Assembly: GCA_002347685.1 (NCBI GenBank)
Contig: DDWS01000046.1
Coordinates: 151,772-215,771 of the forward strand
Length of the DNA stretch: 64,000 nt
Origin: Syntrophaceae bacterium UBA2280
Lineage (GTDB): Bacteria > Desulfobacterota > Syntrophia > Syntrophales > Smithellaceae
Reading direction: 5' to 3'
Both the position numbers and the translations under genes were made by a program. The notes under the pieces are model-generated. The model was given only the letters and a program-made list of their open reading frames with translations. It was not told where the DNA came from and made no database searches. Shown here in pieces: positions 35,505 through 44,290 of this stretch (positions are counted from its first letter, which is position 1; every line of letters begins with the position of its first letter).

Positions 35505-38015
35505 ATGAATACCCGTTCAGCACCCGAATATGACATCAAACAGCCCCGGGGGTTATCCGATCGTATCTCGTGGCTTCGGAATTACTATTTCAGGGGCAAC
35601 GATCGGCCATGGAACAACGAATACACATCCTGGACGACAGGAACCCCCTGGGACATCATCTATAATGAACTGACTTTTTATATCGTGCCCGAAACCTATA
35701 CGCTGCTCAACACACTGGGGGCTTCCTATCTTCAGGCCGCCCGCCCTGTCGTCCTTCATCCGGATTTCTGGCAGTGGCCGCTTGTGGAACGGCGTGCGTG
35801 GTTCGTCCGGGAGGCAATCGTGAATTATGTGCCTCAGGAAATTCTGCCGGGCGATCTGCTGGCTGGCGCAAGGTTTAATATTCAGACATCCATGTGCCTG
35901 ACTCAGAAGGAAAGCAGCAAATGGGTAATGCAGGTGAAAGGCAAAAACGGAGCCCGGGCAAAAATGAAATGGTTTCATGACCATGGTTACGGCAATGCCG
36001 GTGCCACAAGCGGTCATCTGATCCCCGGCCATGAGCGCCTGCTCAAAATCGGCTGGAAGGGTGTGCACGCGGAACTCATGTCTTTCTACAACGCCCTCAG
36101 CAAAACCAAACGCTCCGGATCAAAAGGCTCTCAATTGAGAGCCATGATCACCGCTTCGACCATGGCACGCGATCTGGCTTCAAAATATAGAGGATTATGC
36201 GAGAACCTCGCATCAAACGAACCGGATGCTGTTCGCGCAGGCGAGCTTCGAAGCATGGCTGAAAACCTGAACAAAGTGCCGTGGGAACCGGCAAAAACGT
36301 TCTGGGAGGCCGTGCAGGCGCTGTGGATCAACCACATGCTTGTGATGACGGATGAAAATTATCCCGGCGCGGGCGTTTCATTCGGCCGAGTCGACCAGTA
36401 TCTGTATCCTTATTATGAAAGGTCCATCCGCGACGGCATGAATCGGGAGTTCGCCAAAGAAATTCTTAAATGCTTCTGGATTCACGCCAACACGGCTTAT
36501 GACGCGATGATCCGAAACGGCAATCAGGGAATTACCGCCGGATTCGGACAGCTCATCACGCTTTCCGGCCTCGGGGCGGAAGGCAGGGACATGACCAATG
36601 ATCTCACCTATGTCATTCTTGAAGTGATAGACGAAATGTCGCCCATTTTGGAACCTAAACCCAATATACGACTGCACCATAACACCCCCGAAGAGCTGTA
36701 TGACAGGATCGTCGATATGATCGAATCCAGTCAGGGAGCGCCCTTCCTGTTGAATTTTGACGAACGTTCCATGGCCGGCATGATGCTTGAGGCAAGAAAA
36801 GCCGGCCTGACCCATCTGATTCATAAGGATAATGTTCATGAATATGCGCCTGTCGGATGTCTGGAAAATACGATGGTCGGCAATGACCGATCCGGCACGG
36901 TGGACAATAATCTCAACCTGCTCAAAGCCGTGGAGCTTGCACTGACCGGTGGAAAAGATCTGCTGCCTTTTTGCGACCCCATGACGGGGAAAACCCATTC
37001 CGTCAGGCAGGACGGTCCCCGCACCCGGGATGCAGCGGCTTTTAAAACCTGGGAGGCATTCTGGAAAGCGTATACTCTACAAACACGATACATTATTCAA
37101 AAATGCGTTGATGTGTATGAAGCATCCGAATCCATACGCGCCCGCTTCTTTCCCACACCTTACCTTTCCTGCCTGGTCGAGGGCTGCGCCCAAACGGGTA
37201 AGGACGTCACCCAGGGCGGCGCTCAGATCAGTTTCACCACTCTTGAAGCGGTTACCTATGCCACAACCGTGGATTCACTGCTGGCTATCAAATACCTTGT
37301 CTTTGACAAAAAAGCCTGCACCATGTCTGAATTGGTTTGTGCTCTCACGGCGAACTGGCAGGGATTTGAGGTTCTTCAGGCCATGGCCAAAAATCGCGCC
37401 CCCAAATACGGCCGCGACGATGATGAAGCGGATGCTCTTGCCCGCCGGGTGATGCAACTGTGGTGCGATGAAACCTGGAGACACAGCACCCGGGCAACAG
37501 GACGCAGATACCGCCCGGGCATGCTGAGTTGGAACTACTGGGCCGGCGACGGGTACATCCTGCCTGCAAGCGCCGATGGAAGACAGAAGGGCCAGTTTCT
37601 ATCCAATGCTATCTGTCCATCAAACGGGGCGGACACCAAGGGCCCCACTGCAAACGCAAACTCGGTGGGCAAGGTGCTTGGCGGGAAAGCGAAAGATACA
37701 TCCGGAGACTGGCCAGACTACGTAAATGATCTCCCGAATGGCGCAAGCCACACGATCACGTTCAATCCTTCTATTCTGAAAGATCCGGTGCATAAAGATA
37801 AATTCAAAGCGTTTCTAAAGGGCTATACACATAACGGTGGCACAGCTTTACAGATCAACATCCTTGATCCCGGGATGCTCAAAGACGCGCAAGCGCATCC
37901 GCAGGACTACCGCCATCTTCTGGTGCGCATCACCGGTTATAATGCCTACTTTACAACCGTCGGACGGGAACTTCAGAATGAAGTGATTGAACGCGTCAGC
38001 CATCATAAATTTTAA
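35505..38015 (+). CDS. Glycyl radical enzyme (PFL2 / glycerol-dehydratase-like clade), substrate unknown
   Basis: 836 aa from ATG 35505, with GGGAGG upstream. Thiyl loop VGCLEN (Cys codon 36858-36860, Glu 36864-36866). C-terminal glycyl radical motif VRITGYNAYFTTVGRELQNEVIERV (Gly codon 37935-37937). Confidence 0.85.
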   Translation: MNTRSAPEYDIKQPRGLSDRISWLRNYYFRGNDRPWNNEYTSWTTGTPWDIIYNELTFYIVPETYTLLNTLGASYLQAARPVVLHPDFWQWPLVERRAWFVREAIVNYVPQEILPGDLLAGARFNIQTSMCLTQKESSKWVMQVKGKNGARAKMKWFHDHGYGNAGATSGHLIPGHERLLKIGWKGVHAELMSFYNALSKTKRSGSKGSQLRAMITASTMARDLASKYRGLCENLASNEPDAVRAGELRSMAENLNKVPWEPAKTFWEAVQALWINHMLVMTDENYPGAGVSFGRVDQYLYPYYERSIRDGMNREFAKEILKCFWIHANTAYDAMIRNGNQGITAGFGQLITLSGLGAEGRDMTNDLTYVILEVIDEMSPILEPKPNIRLHHNTPEELYDRIVDMIESSQGAPFLLNFDERSMAGMMLEARKAGLTHLIHKDNVHEYAPVGCLENTMVGNDRSGTVDNNLNLLKAVELALTGGKDLLPFCDPMTGKTHSVRQDGPRTRDAAAFKTWEAFWKAYTLQTRYIIQKCVDVYEASESIRARFFPTPYLSCLVEGCAQTGKDVTQGGAQISFTTLEAVTYATTVDSLLAIKYLVFDKKACTMSELVCALTANWQGFEVLQAMAKNRAPKYGRDDDEADALARRVMQLWCDETWRHSTRATGRRYRPGMLSWNYWAGDGYILPASADGRQKGQFLSNAICPSNGADTKGPTANANSVGKVLGGKAKDTSGDWPDYVNDLPNGASHTITFNPSILKDPVHKDKFKAFLKGYTHNGGTALQINILDPGMLKDAQAHPQDYRHLLVRITGYNAYFTTVGRELQNEVIERVSHHKF

Positions 38016-38027
38016 GGCCGCTTAGCG

Positions 38028-39047
38028 ATGATGCAACCTGAAACTAAAAAAGGCGTTATTCTGGAAATTCACCGCATGTCCACCGAAGACGGTCCCGGCA
38101 TCAGAACGACTGTATTTTTTAAAGGATGTTCACTGGCCTGCCTTTGGTGTCATAATCCGGAGAGCATCAGCCCCAAACCACAGATCCAGTGGATGCAGAC
38201 AAGCTGCATCGGATGTGGAATCTGTGCTGAAACCTGTCCCGAAAAAGCCCTGAAGAAAACCACAAGAGGGATCACGATCAATCGGCTGTTGTGCAACGGC
38301 TGCGGTTTATGTACGGAGGAATGCCCCACAACCGCCATGGAGCTTCTGGGAAAGAAATGGTCGGTGCACGACCTTGCGGACGAACTGGCAAAGGACCGTG
38401 TATATTTTGAACAGTCCGGCGGCGGCGTTACCCTGTCCGGTGGCGAGGCGGCCCTGCAGAGCGATTTTAGCCTTGCGCTTCTAAAAGATCTCCGCGGCAG
38501 AGGCATTCAAACCGCGCTGGATACCTGCGGTCAGGTACCGCAGGTGGTTCTGGCAAGCCTGTTGCCGTATGTGGATATTCTTCTGTATGACCTCAAAGAA
38601 ATTGATTCTAAAAAACATAAGTCTTTTACCGGTTCAGGCAATAAAAAGATTCTGGCCAACGCCCGGTTCGTGGCCGATTACAGAAAATCGCACATCTTTC
38701 CCAAAACCATCTGGATTCGCACCCCGGTGATTCCGGACGCAACAGACACGCCTGAAAACATTCGGGGGCTTGGTGAATTTATCATGGACAACATGCAAGG
38801 CGCCATTGACCGCTGGGAGCTGTGCGCTTTTAACAACCTTTGTCGGGACAAGTACATCAGGCTGGGGCTGAGCTGGCCGTATGCGCATACAGCTCTTCTT
38901 GAGAAAAGGCGAATGGAAGAACTCACACAGATCGCCAAAAGCATTGTGACGCCCTCTGTGGTTTACTGGAGCGGGTCAACCAGGCTGCCTGCAGCCCCCC
39001 ATCCTAAACCGGCGGAAAAGCAAAAAGTACCCGTTTCCCGGTGCTGA
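38028..39047 (+). CDS. Glycyl-radical enzyme activating protein (radical SAM with ferredoxin-type insert)
   Basis: GPGIRTTVFFKGCSLACLWCHNPE (CxxxCxxC) plus two auxiliary cluster motifs (CIGCGICAETCP, CNGCGLCTEECP). Confidence 0.9.
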   Translation: MMQPETKKGVILEIHRMSTEDGPGIRTTVFFKGCSLACLWCHNPESISPKPQIQWMQTSCIGCGICAETCPEKALKKTTRGITINRLLCNGCGLCTEECPTTAMELLGKKWSVHDLADELAKDRVYFEQSGGGVTLSGGEAALQSDFSLALLKDLRGRGIQTALDTCGQVPQVVLASLLPYVDILLYDLKEIDSKKHKSFTGSGNKKILANARFVADYRKSHIFPKTIWIRTPVIPDATDTPENIRGLGEFIMDNMQGAIDRWELCAFNNLCRDKYIRLGLSWPYAHTALLEKRRMEELTQIAKSIVTPSVVYWSGSTRLPAAPHPKPAEKQKVPVSRC

Positions 39048-39070
39048 TGATAACGGAAAGGAGCCGTGCC

Positions 39071-39916
39071 ATGACCCAAATAAATCACTTCGCCGATGCC
39101 GATATGAAGGCTTTTGCGCCTTCCGAGAAAGTCGGCATCCTTGCAACAGTGACACCTGAAGGCCTGCCCCACCTGTCTCTTTTGACATCGATGATGGCGG
39201 CAGGTCCAAAACAGCTGATCATTGGTGAATTCTGCAAAGGCGTCAGCAAGGAATACATGCAGCGCACCCGGAAAACCGGCTTTGCCATTCTGACTCTGGA
39301 TAAAATGCTCTGGCGCGGCAAAGCCATCTGGACGCACTTGCAAAAAGAAGGCGCGGAATACGAGATATACAACCAGCAACCCATGTTCCGGTACAACACC
39401 TATTTCGGCATCAATACGGTCCATTACCTCGATCTGCTTGAAACGACGAAGGGCAATCCGCTGCCTCTGGGATCTGTTGTGCGTTCAGCGCTCCTGACGA
39501 AAATGGCAAAGGGTGGAGCGTTGAAATCCGATCCTGAAAGGGTTCTTTCGTACTTCGGTGAAAAATTATTCAACGGACTCGATTCCCTTAAATTTTTATC
39601 CTTCATTGAGGAGGACGGTTTCCCGGTCATCATCCCCGTCATTCAATGTCAGGCGGCGGGCAGTGGACGTTTGGCCTTTCATCCCGGAGCTTTTCGACAG
39701 GAGCTGAAAATACTGAAACCGGGCATGACGGTATCTGTATTTTGTCTGACGATGCAGATGGAGGATGTTCTGACGCGTGGCATTTTTAACGGCTATAACC
39801 GATATCGGGGAGTCAGTCTGGGTACTTTGGATATTGACTGGGTCTATAACTCCATGCCCCCCAATCACGGACAGATTTATCCGCCCCTGCCCCTGGAGGC
39901 GGTCGTCAATTTCTAA
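39071..39916 (+). CDS. Pyridoxamine 5'-phosphate oxidase-like (FMN-binding split-barrel) protein, apparently two tandem domains
   Basis: 281 aa from ATG 39071, with AAGGAG upstream. VGILATVTPEGLPHLSLL and a second FLSFIEEDGFPVIIPV segment resemble PNPOx-family N-terminal strands. The assignment is by pattern only. Confidence 0.5.
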   Translation: MTQINHFADADMKAFAPSEKVGILATVTPEGLPHLSLLTSMMAAGPKQLIIGEFCKGVSKEYMQRTRKTGFAILTLDKMLWRGKAIWTHLQKEGAEYEIYNQQPMFRYNTYFGINTVHYLDLLETTKGNPLPLGSVVRSALLTKMAKGGALKSDPERVLSYFGEKLFNGLDSLKFLSFIEEDGFPVIIPVIQCQAAGSGRLAFHPGAFRQELKILKPGMTVSVFCLTMQMEDVLTRGIFNGYNRYRGVSLGTLDIDWVYNSMPPNHGQIYPPLPLEAVVNF

Positions 39917-40098
39917 TTTTCTGGATTCGTGATTGGAATATTCTGCATCTGCGGCCAAACACAGGGATCCATACTTGACGGACTGGATCTGATCCCGTTT
40001 CCTTCTACACCGCCGTAGCCGTCAGCCGGCAAAGCAACAAAGAAGTTGAAGCCCAACAGCAGATTTCCTCTGCTCATGGCTTCAACACTCTTTCCCTA

Positions 40099-40443
40099 TT
40101 ACTTTTTTTTAAGCAGCATAAATGTGGCCGACACACGGCAGATTTGTTTGCCTTTGTCATCGGTTACCAGGCAATCGCCGATCATCAGGCTCTGGCCTTT
40201 CTTAAACACACCTGCCTCGGCGATCAGTTCACCACTGTTGACGCCTGAAAGAAAATCGCTTTTGAGTTCGATGGTGGTCAGACCTTCGTCAGGGCTAAGC
40301 TGTGTCATCATCGCGTGCGCGATGGTCTCATCAGCCAGCGCAACGATCAGACCGCCCTGCATGGCTTTGGCACCCTGCAGGTACTCTTGCCGCACCGGCA
40401 TTTTAAACGAGGCACGCCCCGAGGCAAGATCCAATACCGTCAC
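40099..40443 (-). CDS. PaaI-family hotdog-fold thioesterase (the N-terminus appears disrupted or frameshifted; see findings)
   Basis: MPVRQEYLQGAKAMQGGLIVALADETIAHAMM matches the PaaI/4HBT signature region. Conserved-looking coding sequence continues upstream in frame with no ATG/GTG. A well-placed ATG with AAGGAGGG sits at 40528 in another frame. Confidence 0.7.
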   Translation of the reverse strand: MTVLDLASGRASFKMPVRQEYLQGAKAMQGGLIVALADETIAHAMMTQLSPDEGLTTIELKSDFLSGVNSGELIAEAGVFKKGQSLMIGDCLVTDDKGKQICRVSATFMLLKKK

Positions 40444-40712
40444 GTTAAAATAATCCAGATAGGGATTGAGCCCCTTCTTTCCCTCGCAAAGACCTTTCAG
40501 ATAAAGAGGATAATTAAAAATAGCTCATCCCTCCTTTGAACGGATATGAGCTATTTGTATATGCGATTTTCAGATTTTTGCGAGCTTTTTATTCGCGGAG
40601 TTCGTTCTTATGAAGCGTATCTTTTCGTTTGCGGAAAACATCTCACTTACGTGCAGCCTCCGGCAGGCAGCAATTTTTCTTTCGCCTTGCTCCTGATTCG
40701 GGTTCCTCTTTT

Positions 40713-41804
40713 TTACGCACCGCTTTTTATCACATGTACGGCAGTGGCTTTGAATGATGCCTTCAGAAGACTGCCTTCACGGATATCCATCTCTTCGAAA
40801 GAAGGCAGTGTAATATAGGCGCCAATCCTGAAGCCGCAATCCAAGATGAGTTTATAGAAGTAAGCCTGTCGAACAATTTTCTCGACTCTGGCATCGAAGA
40901 TATTGCGCGCGCTGGTTTTTCCGGTAACCGCCCGGGTCACAGTAATATGTTCAGGCCGCAGGCAGCAATGAACCTTTGTGCCTTGCGGGTAGTTTCCGGA
41001 TGCTTCAATGATATGGCCATTCACCCCGATTTCCATCAACCCGGCAATGCTTTTCATTACCAAGCCTTCGAGGATGGTATCCGCTCCCACGAAGCCGGCG
41101 ACAAATTCATCGGCAGGCTGATTAAAAACCTCTGCTGCCGTCCCGGCTTGAACGATTCTCCCTTCTTTCATCACGGCCACATCGTTCGCCAGACGCAGGG
41201 TTTCTTCACGGTCGTGCTGCGCCAGAATGGCTGTAACCTTCGTTTTTTGCAATGTCTTTTGCAAATCATCAATAATCGTTTCGCGCGTAGGCGGATCGAG
41301 TGAATTGAAAGATTCGTCCAGGAGAATCACGCCTGGCGAAATCGCGAATGCACGCGCCAGCGATACCCTCTTCGCCTCGCCACCTGAGAGCGTTTTCGCC
41401 GAACGTTTCGCCAGATGAGCGATGCCGAAATTGGTCATGGCCTCCTCCACACGCTCGGCTGTCTGTCTGGCGTCCATGTGCCTGAATTTCAGTCCCAGCG
41501 CCACGTTTTTATAAACCGTGTCATTGATGAGGAGCGGTTCCTGAAAGACGACAGCGACGTTTCGCCGCAGCATGTCCAACGATGATCGGTCGCCAATGGG
41601 TTTGGCGTGAAAGAACAACCCGCCGCTCGTCGCCGGAAGCAGACCTGCAAGCGTCAAAAGCAGGGTGGATTTTCCGGCACCGTTGGGTCCGATGAGCGCG
41701 AGCGTTCGCCCAGGCACGATGTCCAGCCGGTCTATGTCGAGCACTGTCACCTTGCCGCGCTTCACAATCAGACTTTGAACGGCTATAATAGGAAAATTGG
41801 TCAT
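40713..41804 (-). CDS. tupC: Tungstate/molybdate ABC transporter ATP-binding protein with C-terminal TOBE-like domain
   Basis: Walker A GPNGAGKST, signature LSGGEAKRV and Walker B ILLDES, plus an OB-fold-like extension of about 120 aa. Its start overlaps the permease stop by 4 nt. Confidence 0.75.
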   Translation of the reverse strand: MTNFPIIAVQSLIVKRGKVTVLDIDRLDIVPGRTLALIGPNGAGKSTLLLTLAGLLPATSGGLFFHAKPIGDRSSLDMLRRNVAVVFQEPLLINDTVYKNVALGLKFRHMDARQTAERVEEAMTNFGIAHLAKRSAKTLSGGEAKRVSLARAFAISPGVILLDESFNSLDPPTRETIIDDLQKTLQKTKVTAILAQHDREETLRLANDVAVMKEGRIVQAGTAAEVFNQPADEFVAGFVGADTILEGLVMKSIAGLMEIGVNGHIIEASGNYPQGTKVHCCLRPEHITVTRAVTGKTSARNIFDARVEKIVRQAYFYKLILDCGFRIGAYITLPSFEEMDIREGSLLKASFKATAVHVIKSGA

Positions 41805-42499
41805 TGTGGACGTTGCCTCTGCTGAATCTGCGTGAGCATAAAGTTAATGATAAACGCCAGAAGCAGAAGGATGATGGACAGGGCAATGGCTATGTCAAAA
41901 TTGCCTTTGCCGGTTTCCATGACCGTGGCGGTCGTTAACACGCGTGAATAGCCTTTAATGTTGCCTCCCACCATGATAGACGCGCCGACTTCGGAAATGA
42001 CACCGCCGAATCCGGCCATGACCGCCGCAAGCAGCGGCAATCGGGATTCCTTCACCAGAACCCAGACCATCTGCAGGCGGCTGGCCCCGAGCGTCAGCAT
42101 CTGCAAACGCAGATTGGGTGGCAGATTCTGAATGGCGGCAAGTGAAATCCCCATGACGATCGGTGTGGCAATAATCGCCTGAGCGATGATCATGGCATAG
42201 GGGGTATAGAGAATCTCCAGAAAACCGAACGGCCCGCTGCGCCAGATCATCATGGTTACAAACAGTCCCACGACCACCGGCGGCAGACCCATGCCCGTAT
42301 TGATGATGCTGATGACTACCCTCTTGCCGAAAAAATCATTGAGTGCAACAGCGGTGCCGATAGAAACGCCGATGAAAAGACTGATGAACGTGGCCGTTCC
42401 TGATATTTTCAGCGACAGCCACGTAATCCCCAGCACTTCCGTGTCGAATGTAATCAGCAGCTCAATCGCTTTGATGATGCCTTGTAGAAATATATCCAT
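41801..42499 (-). CDS. tupB: Tungstate/molybdate ABC transporter permease
   Basis: 232 aa, 5-6 TM, lying between the binding-protein and ATPase genes. Confidence 0.75.
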   Translation of the reverse strand: MDIFLQGIIKAIELLITFDTEVLGITWLSLKISGTATFISLFIGVSIGTAVALNDFFGKRVVISIINTGMGLPPVVVGLFVTMMIWRSGPFGFLEILYTPYAMIIAQAIIATPIVMGISLAAIQNLPPNLRLQMLTLGASRLQMVWVLVKESRLPLLAAVMAGFGGVISEVGASIMVGGNIKGYSRVLTTATVMETGKGNFDIAIALSIILLLLAFIINFMLTQIQQRQRPQ

Positions 42500-42507
42500 A
42501 GTCCTTC

Positions 42508-43383
42508 TTATTTACCCAAATCTTCCACTTTCTTGCCGGCATCCGGAAAAAACAAAGGCGCGCCGAATTTATCCACACCGAACGTTTTGATCACATCCTG
42601 GGCTTCCTTTGAGACCATAAAATCGGCAAAGGCCCTGGCGCCTTCGCCATTCACTTTCGGCCATTTATCGGCCGGCACTTCCATCACATGGTAAATATTG
42701 AGGAGTGACGCGTCGCCTTCCACCAGAATCTCAAGTGCGATGTTTTTCTTCAGCGCCAGATACGTGCCGCGGTCGGCCAGCGTGTAGCCTTTCTTTTCAG
42801 AGGCGACGTTGAGCGTCTGCCCCATGCCCAGGCCCGTTTCCTGATACCATCTCTGTCCCGCAGGATCAATGCCGGTCTGCTTCCAAAGCGCTTTTTCCTT
42901 TGCGTGCGTACCGGAATTGTCGCCCCGGGAAATGAAAAGTGCGTTGCCCGCCGCGATGGTTTTTAGAGCGTCGGCCGAAGCTTTAATGCCTTTGATCTTG
43001 ACCGGATCTTCCGCCGGACCGACGATAATGAAGTCGTTATGCATGATCAGCCTGCGGTTGACGGCAAAACCTTCTTCCACCATTTTAATTTCCGCGTCCG
43101 GTGAGTGCACCAGCATCACATCGGATTCGCCCTTTCTTCCCATCGCCATCGCCTGGCCGGAACCGACGGCAATCGTTTTAACGAAGTAACCCGTCTTTTT
43201 TTCAAAATTTGGAATCAACACATCAAGCAGACCGCTGTCCTGCGTGCTGGTGGTCGTCGTCAGAATAATGTTTTTCTGCGCGGGCGCTTTCTTTGCCGCC
43301 TGGGCCATTGACGCTCCCGATACCAAAAGCAGTGCGGCTGCGACAACCGCAAATACGGTTTTCATATTTCGCATTCTTTTCAT
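42508..43383 (-). CDS. tupA: Periplasmic tungstate-binding protein
   Basis: Signal peptide, then ILTTTTSTQDSGLLDVLIPNFEKKTGY. From memory, the TTTS-x2-DSGL motif is the TupA-type oxyanion-binding signature. Confidence 0.7.
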   Translation of the reverse strand: MKRMRNMKTVFAVVAAALLLVSGASMAQAAKKAPAQKNIILTTTTSTQDSGLLDVLIPNFEKKTGYFVKTIAVGSGQAMAMGRKGESDVMLVHSPDAEIKMVEEGFAVNRRLIMHNDFIIVGPAEDPVKIKGIKASADALKTIAAGNALFISRGDNSGTHAKEKALWKQTGIDPAGQRWYQETGLGMGQTLNVASEKKGYTLADRGTYLALKKNIALEILVEGDASLLNIYHVMEVPADKWPKVNGEGARAFADFMVSKEAQDVIKTFGVDKFGAPLFFPDAGKKVEDLGK

Positions 43384-43395
43384 TTGCTTTCTCCT

Positions 43396-44259
43396 TTATG
43401 ATTTTTTGTTCTTTTTCTGCCATTCCACGGAATTGGGGAAAAACAGAGGGGCTCCGTATTTATCCTTTCCGAAATCCCGGATGATAATCTGACCATTTTT
43501 GGGTGAGGTCAACCATTTAACAAATGTCATCGTATCCTTATGATTGACTTTCGGAAATTTGGCGGGATTGACGGGTATAAGCGAAATGTAATTGAGAAGC
43601 GCTTCGTCCCCTTCAACCAAAATACCAATCTTGATGTCATCTTTAAGGGATAGATACGTGGCCCGGTCGATGACCGTGTAAGCCGACTGGCTGTCGGTGT
43701 ATTTGAGCGTGACCGAATTGCCTTCCGTGCCTTTTTCATAGACCACATACCAGGCGCCTTCCGGTTTCAAACCGGCCGTTTCCCAAAGCACCATCTCGGC
43801 CACATGCGTACCGGACTTATCGCCCCGGCTGATAAATTTCACCTGCTTGTCCATCATTTTTTTCAGCGCGACCGTGACGGATTTCTCGCTCTTGATCCCT
43901 GCCGGATCTTCCGCAGGCCCAACGATTACGAAATCGTTATACATCAGTGGAAATCTTTCCGTGCCTAATCCGTCGGCAATGAACTTTTCCTCCAGTGATT
44001 TCGCGTGCGCCATCACCAGATCAATCTGACCATTCTCAGCCATTTTCAGCGCCGCGCCCGTTCCCGCGCCGACATGCCGCACGCGAATGCCTGTTTCTTT
44101 TTCAAAAGCGTCTTCTAGCGCCGCCACCACACCCGAATCAATCGGGCCAATCGTACTGGATAAAAAAACAAACCGATCCCCATCAGAGGCCAGCGCAGCA
44201 CTGGACCAAATCAAAAAAAACAGCACCAGACATTTTCCAACAAATACTTTCATTGTCAT
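43396..44259 (-). CDS. Second TupA-like periplasmic oxyanion-binding protein (divergent paralogue)
   Basis: Signal peptide, and collinear similarity to the neighbouring TupA (FLSSTIGPIDSGVVAALEDAFEKETGI; NDFVIVGPAEDPAGIK vs NDFIIVGPAEDPVKIK; ISRGDKSGTH vs ISRGDNSGTH). The TTTS motif is replaced by SSTIG. Confidence 0.7.
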   Translation of the reverse strand: MTMKVFVGKCLVLFFLIWSSAALASDGDRFVFLSSTIGPIDSGVVAALEDAFEKETGIRVRHVGAGTGAALKMAENGQIDLVMAHAKSLEEKFIADGLGTERFPLMYNDFVIVGPAEDPAGIKSEKSVTVALKKMMDKQVKFISRGDKSGTHVAEMVLWETAGLKPEGAWYVVYEKGTEGNSVTLKYTDSQSAYTVIDRATYLSLKDDIKIGILVEGDEALLNYISLIPVNPAKFPKVNHKDTMTFVKWLTSPKNGQIIIRDFGKDKYGAPLFFPNSVEWQKKNKKS

Positions 44260-44290
44260 ATCTCCTTATAATAAATTATGCGGTTGACGT

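Noticed and set aside
35553-36998. 171-aa and 206-aa minus-strand ORFs inside the glycyl radical enzyme gene
   Set aside because: Both are antisense shadows with no supporting signals.
39913-40092. About 59-aa minus-strand small ORF (MSRGNLLLGFNFFVALPADGYGG...) in the convergent gap after the PNPOx-like gene
   Set aside because: It has a weak SD and no recognisable motif, and it overlaps the stop of the plus-strand gene. The evidence is insufficient.
40546-40818. 90-aa plus-strand ORF between the thioesterase and tupC
   Set aside because: It overlaps the 3' end of tupC on the opposite strand, has no SD, and its sequence is hydrophobic and low in complexity.
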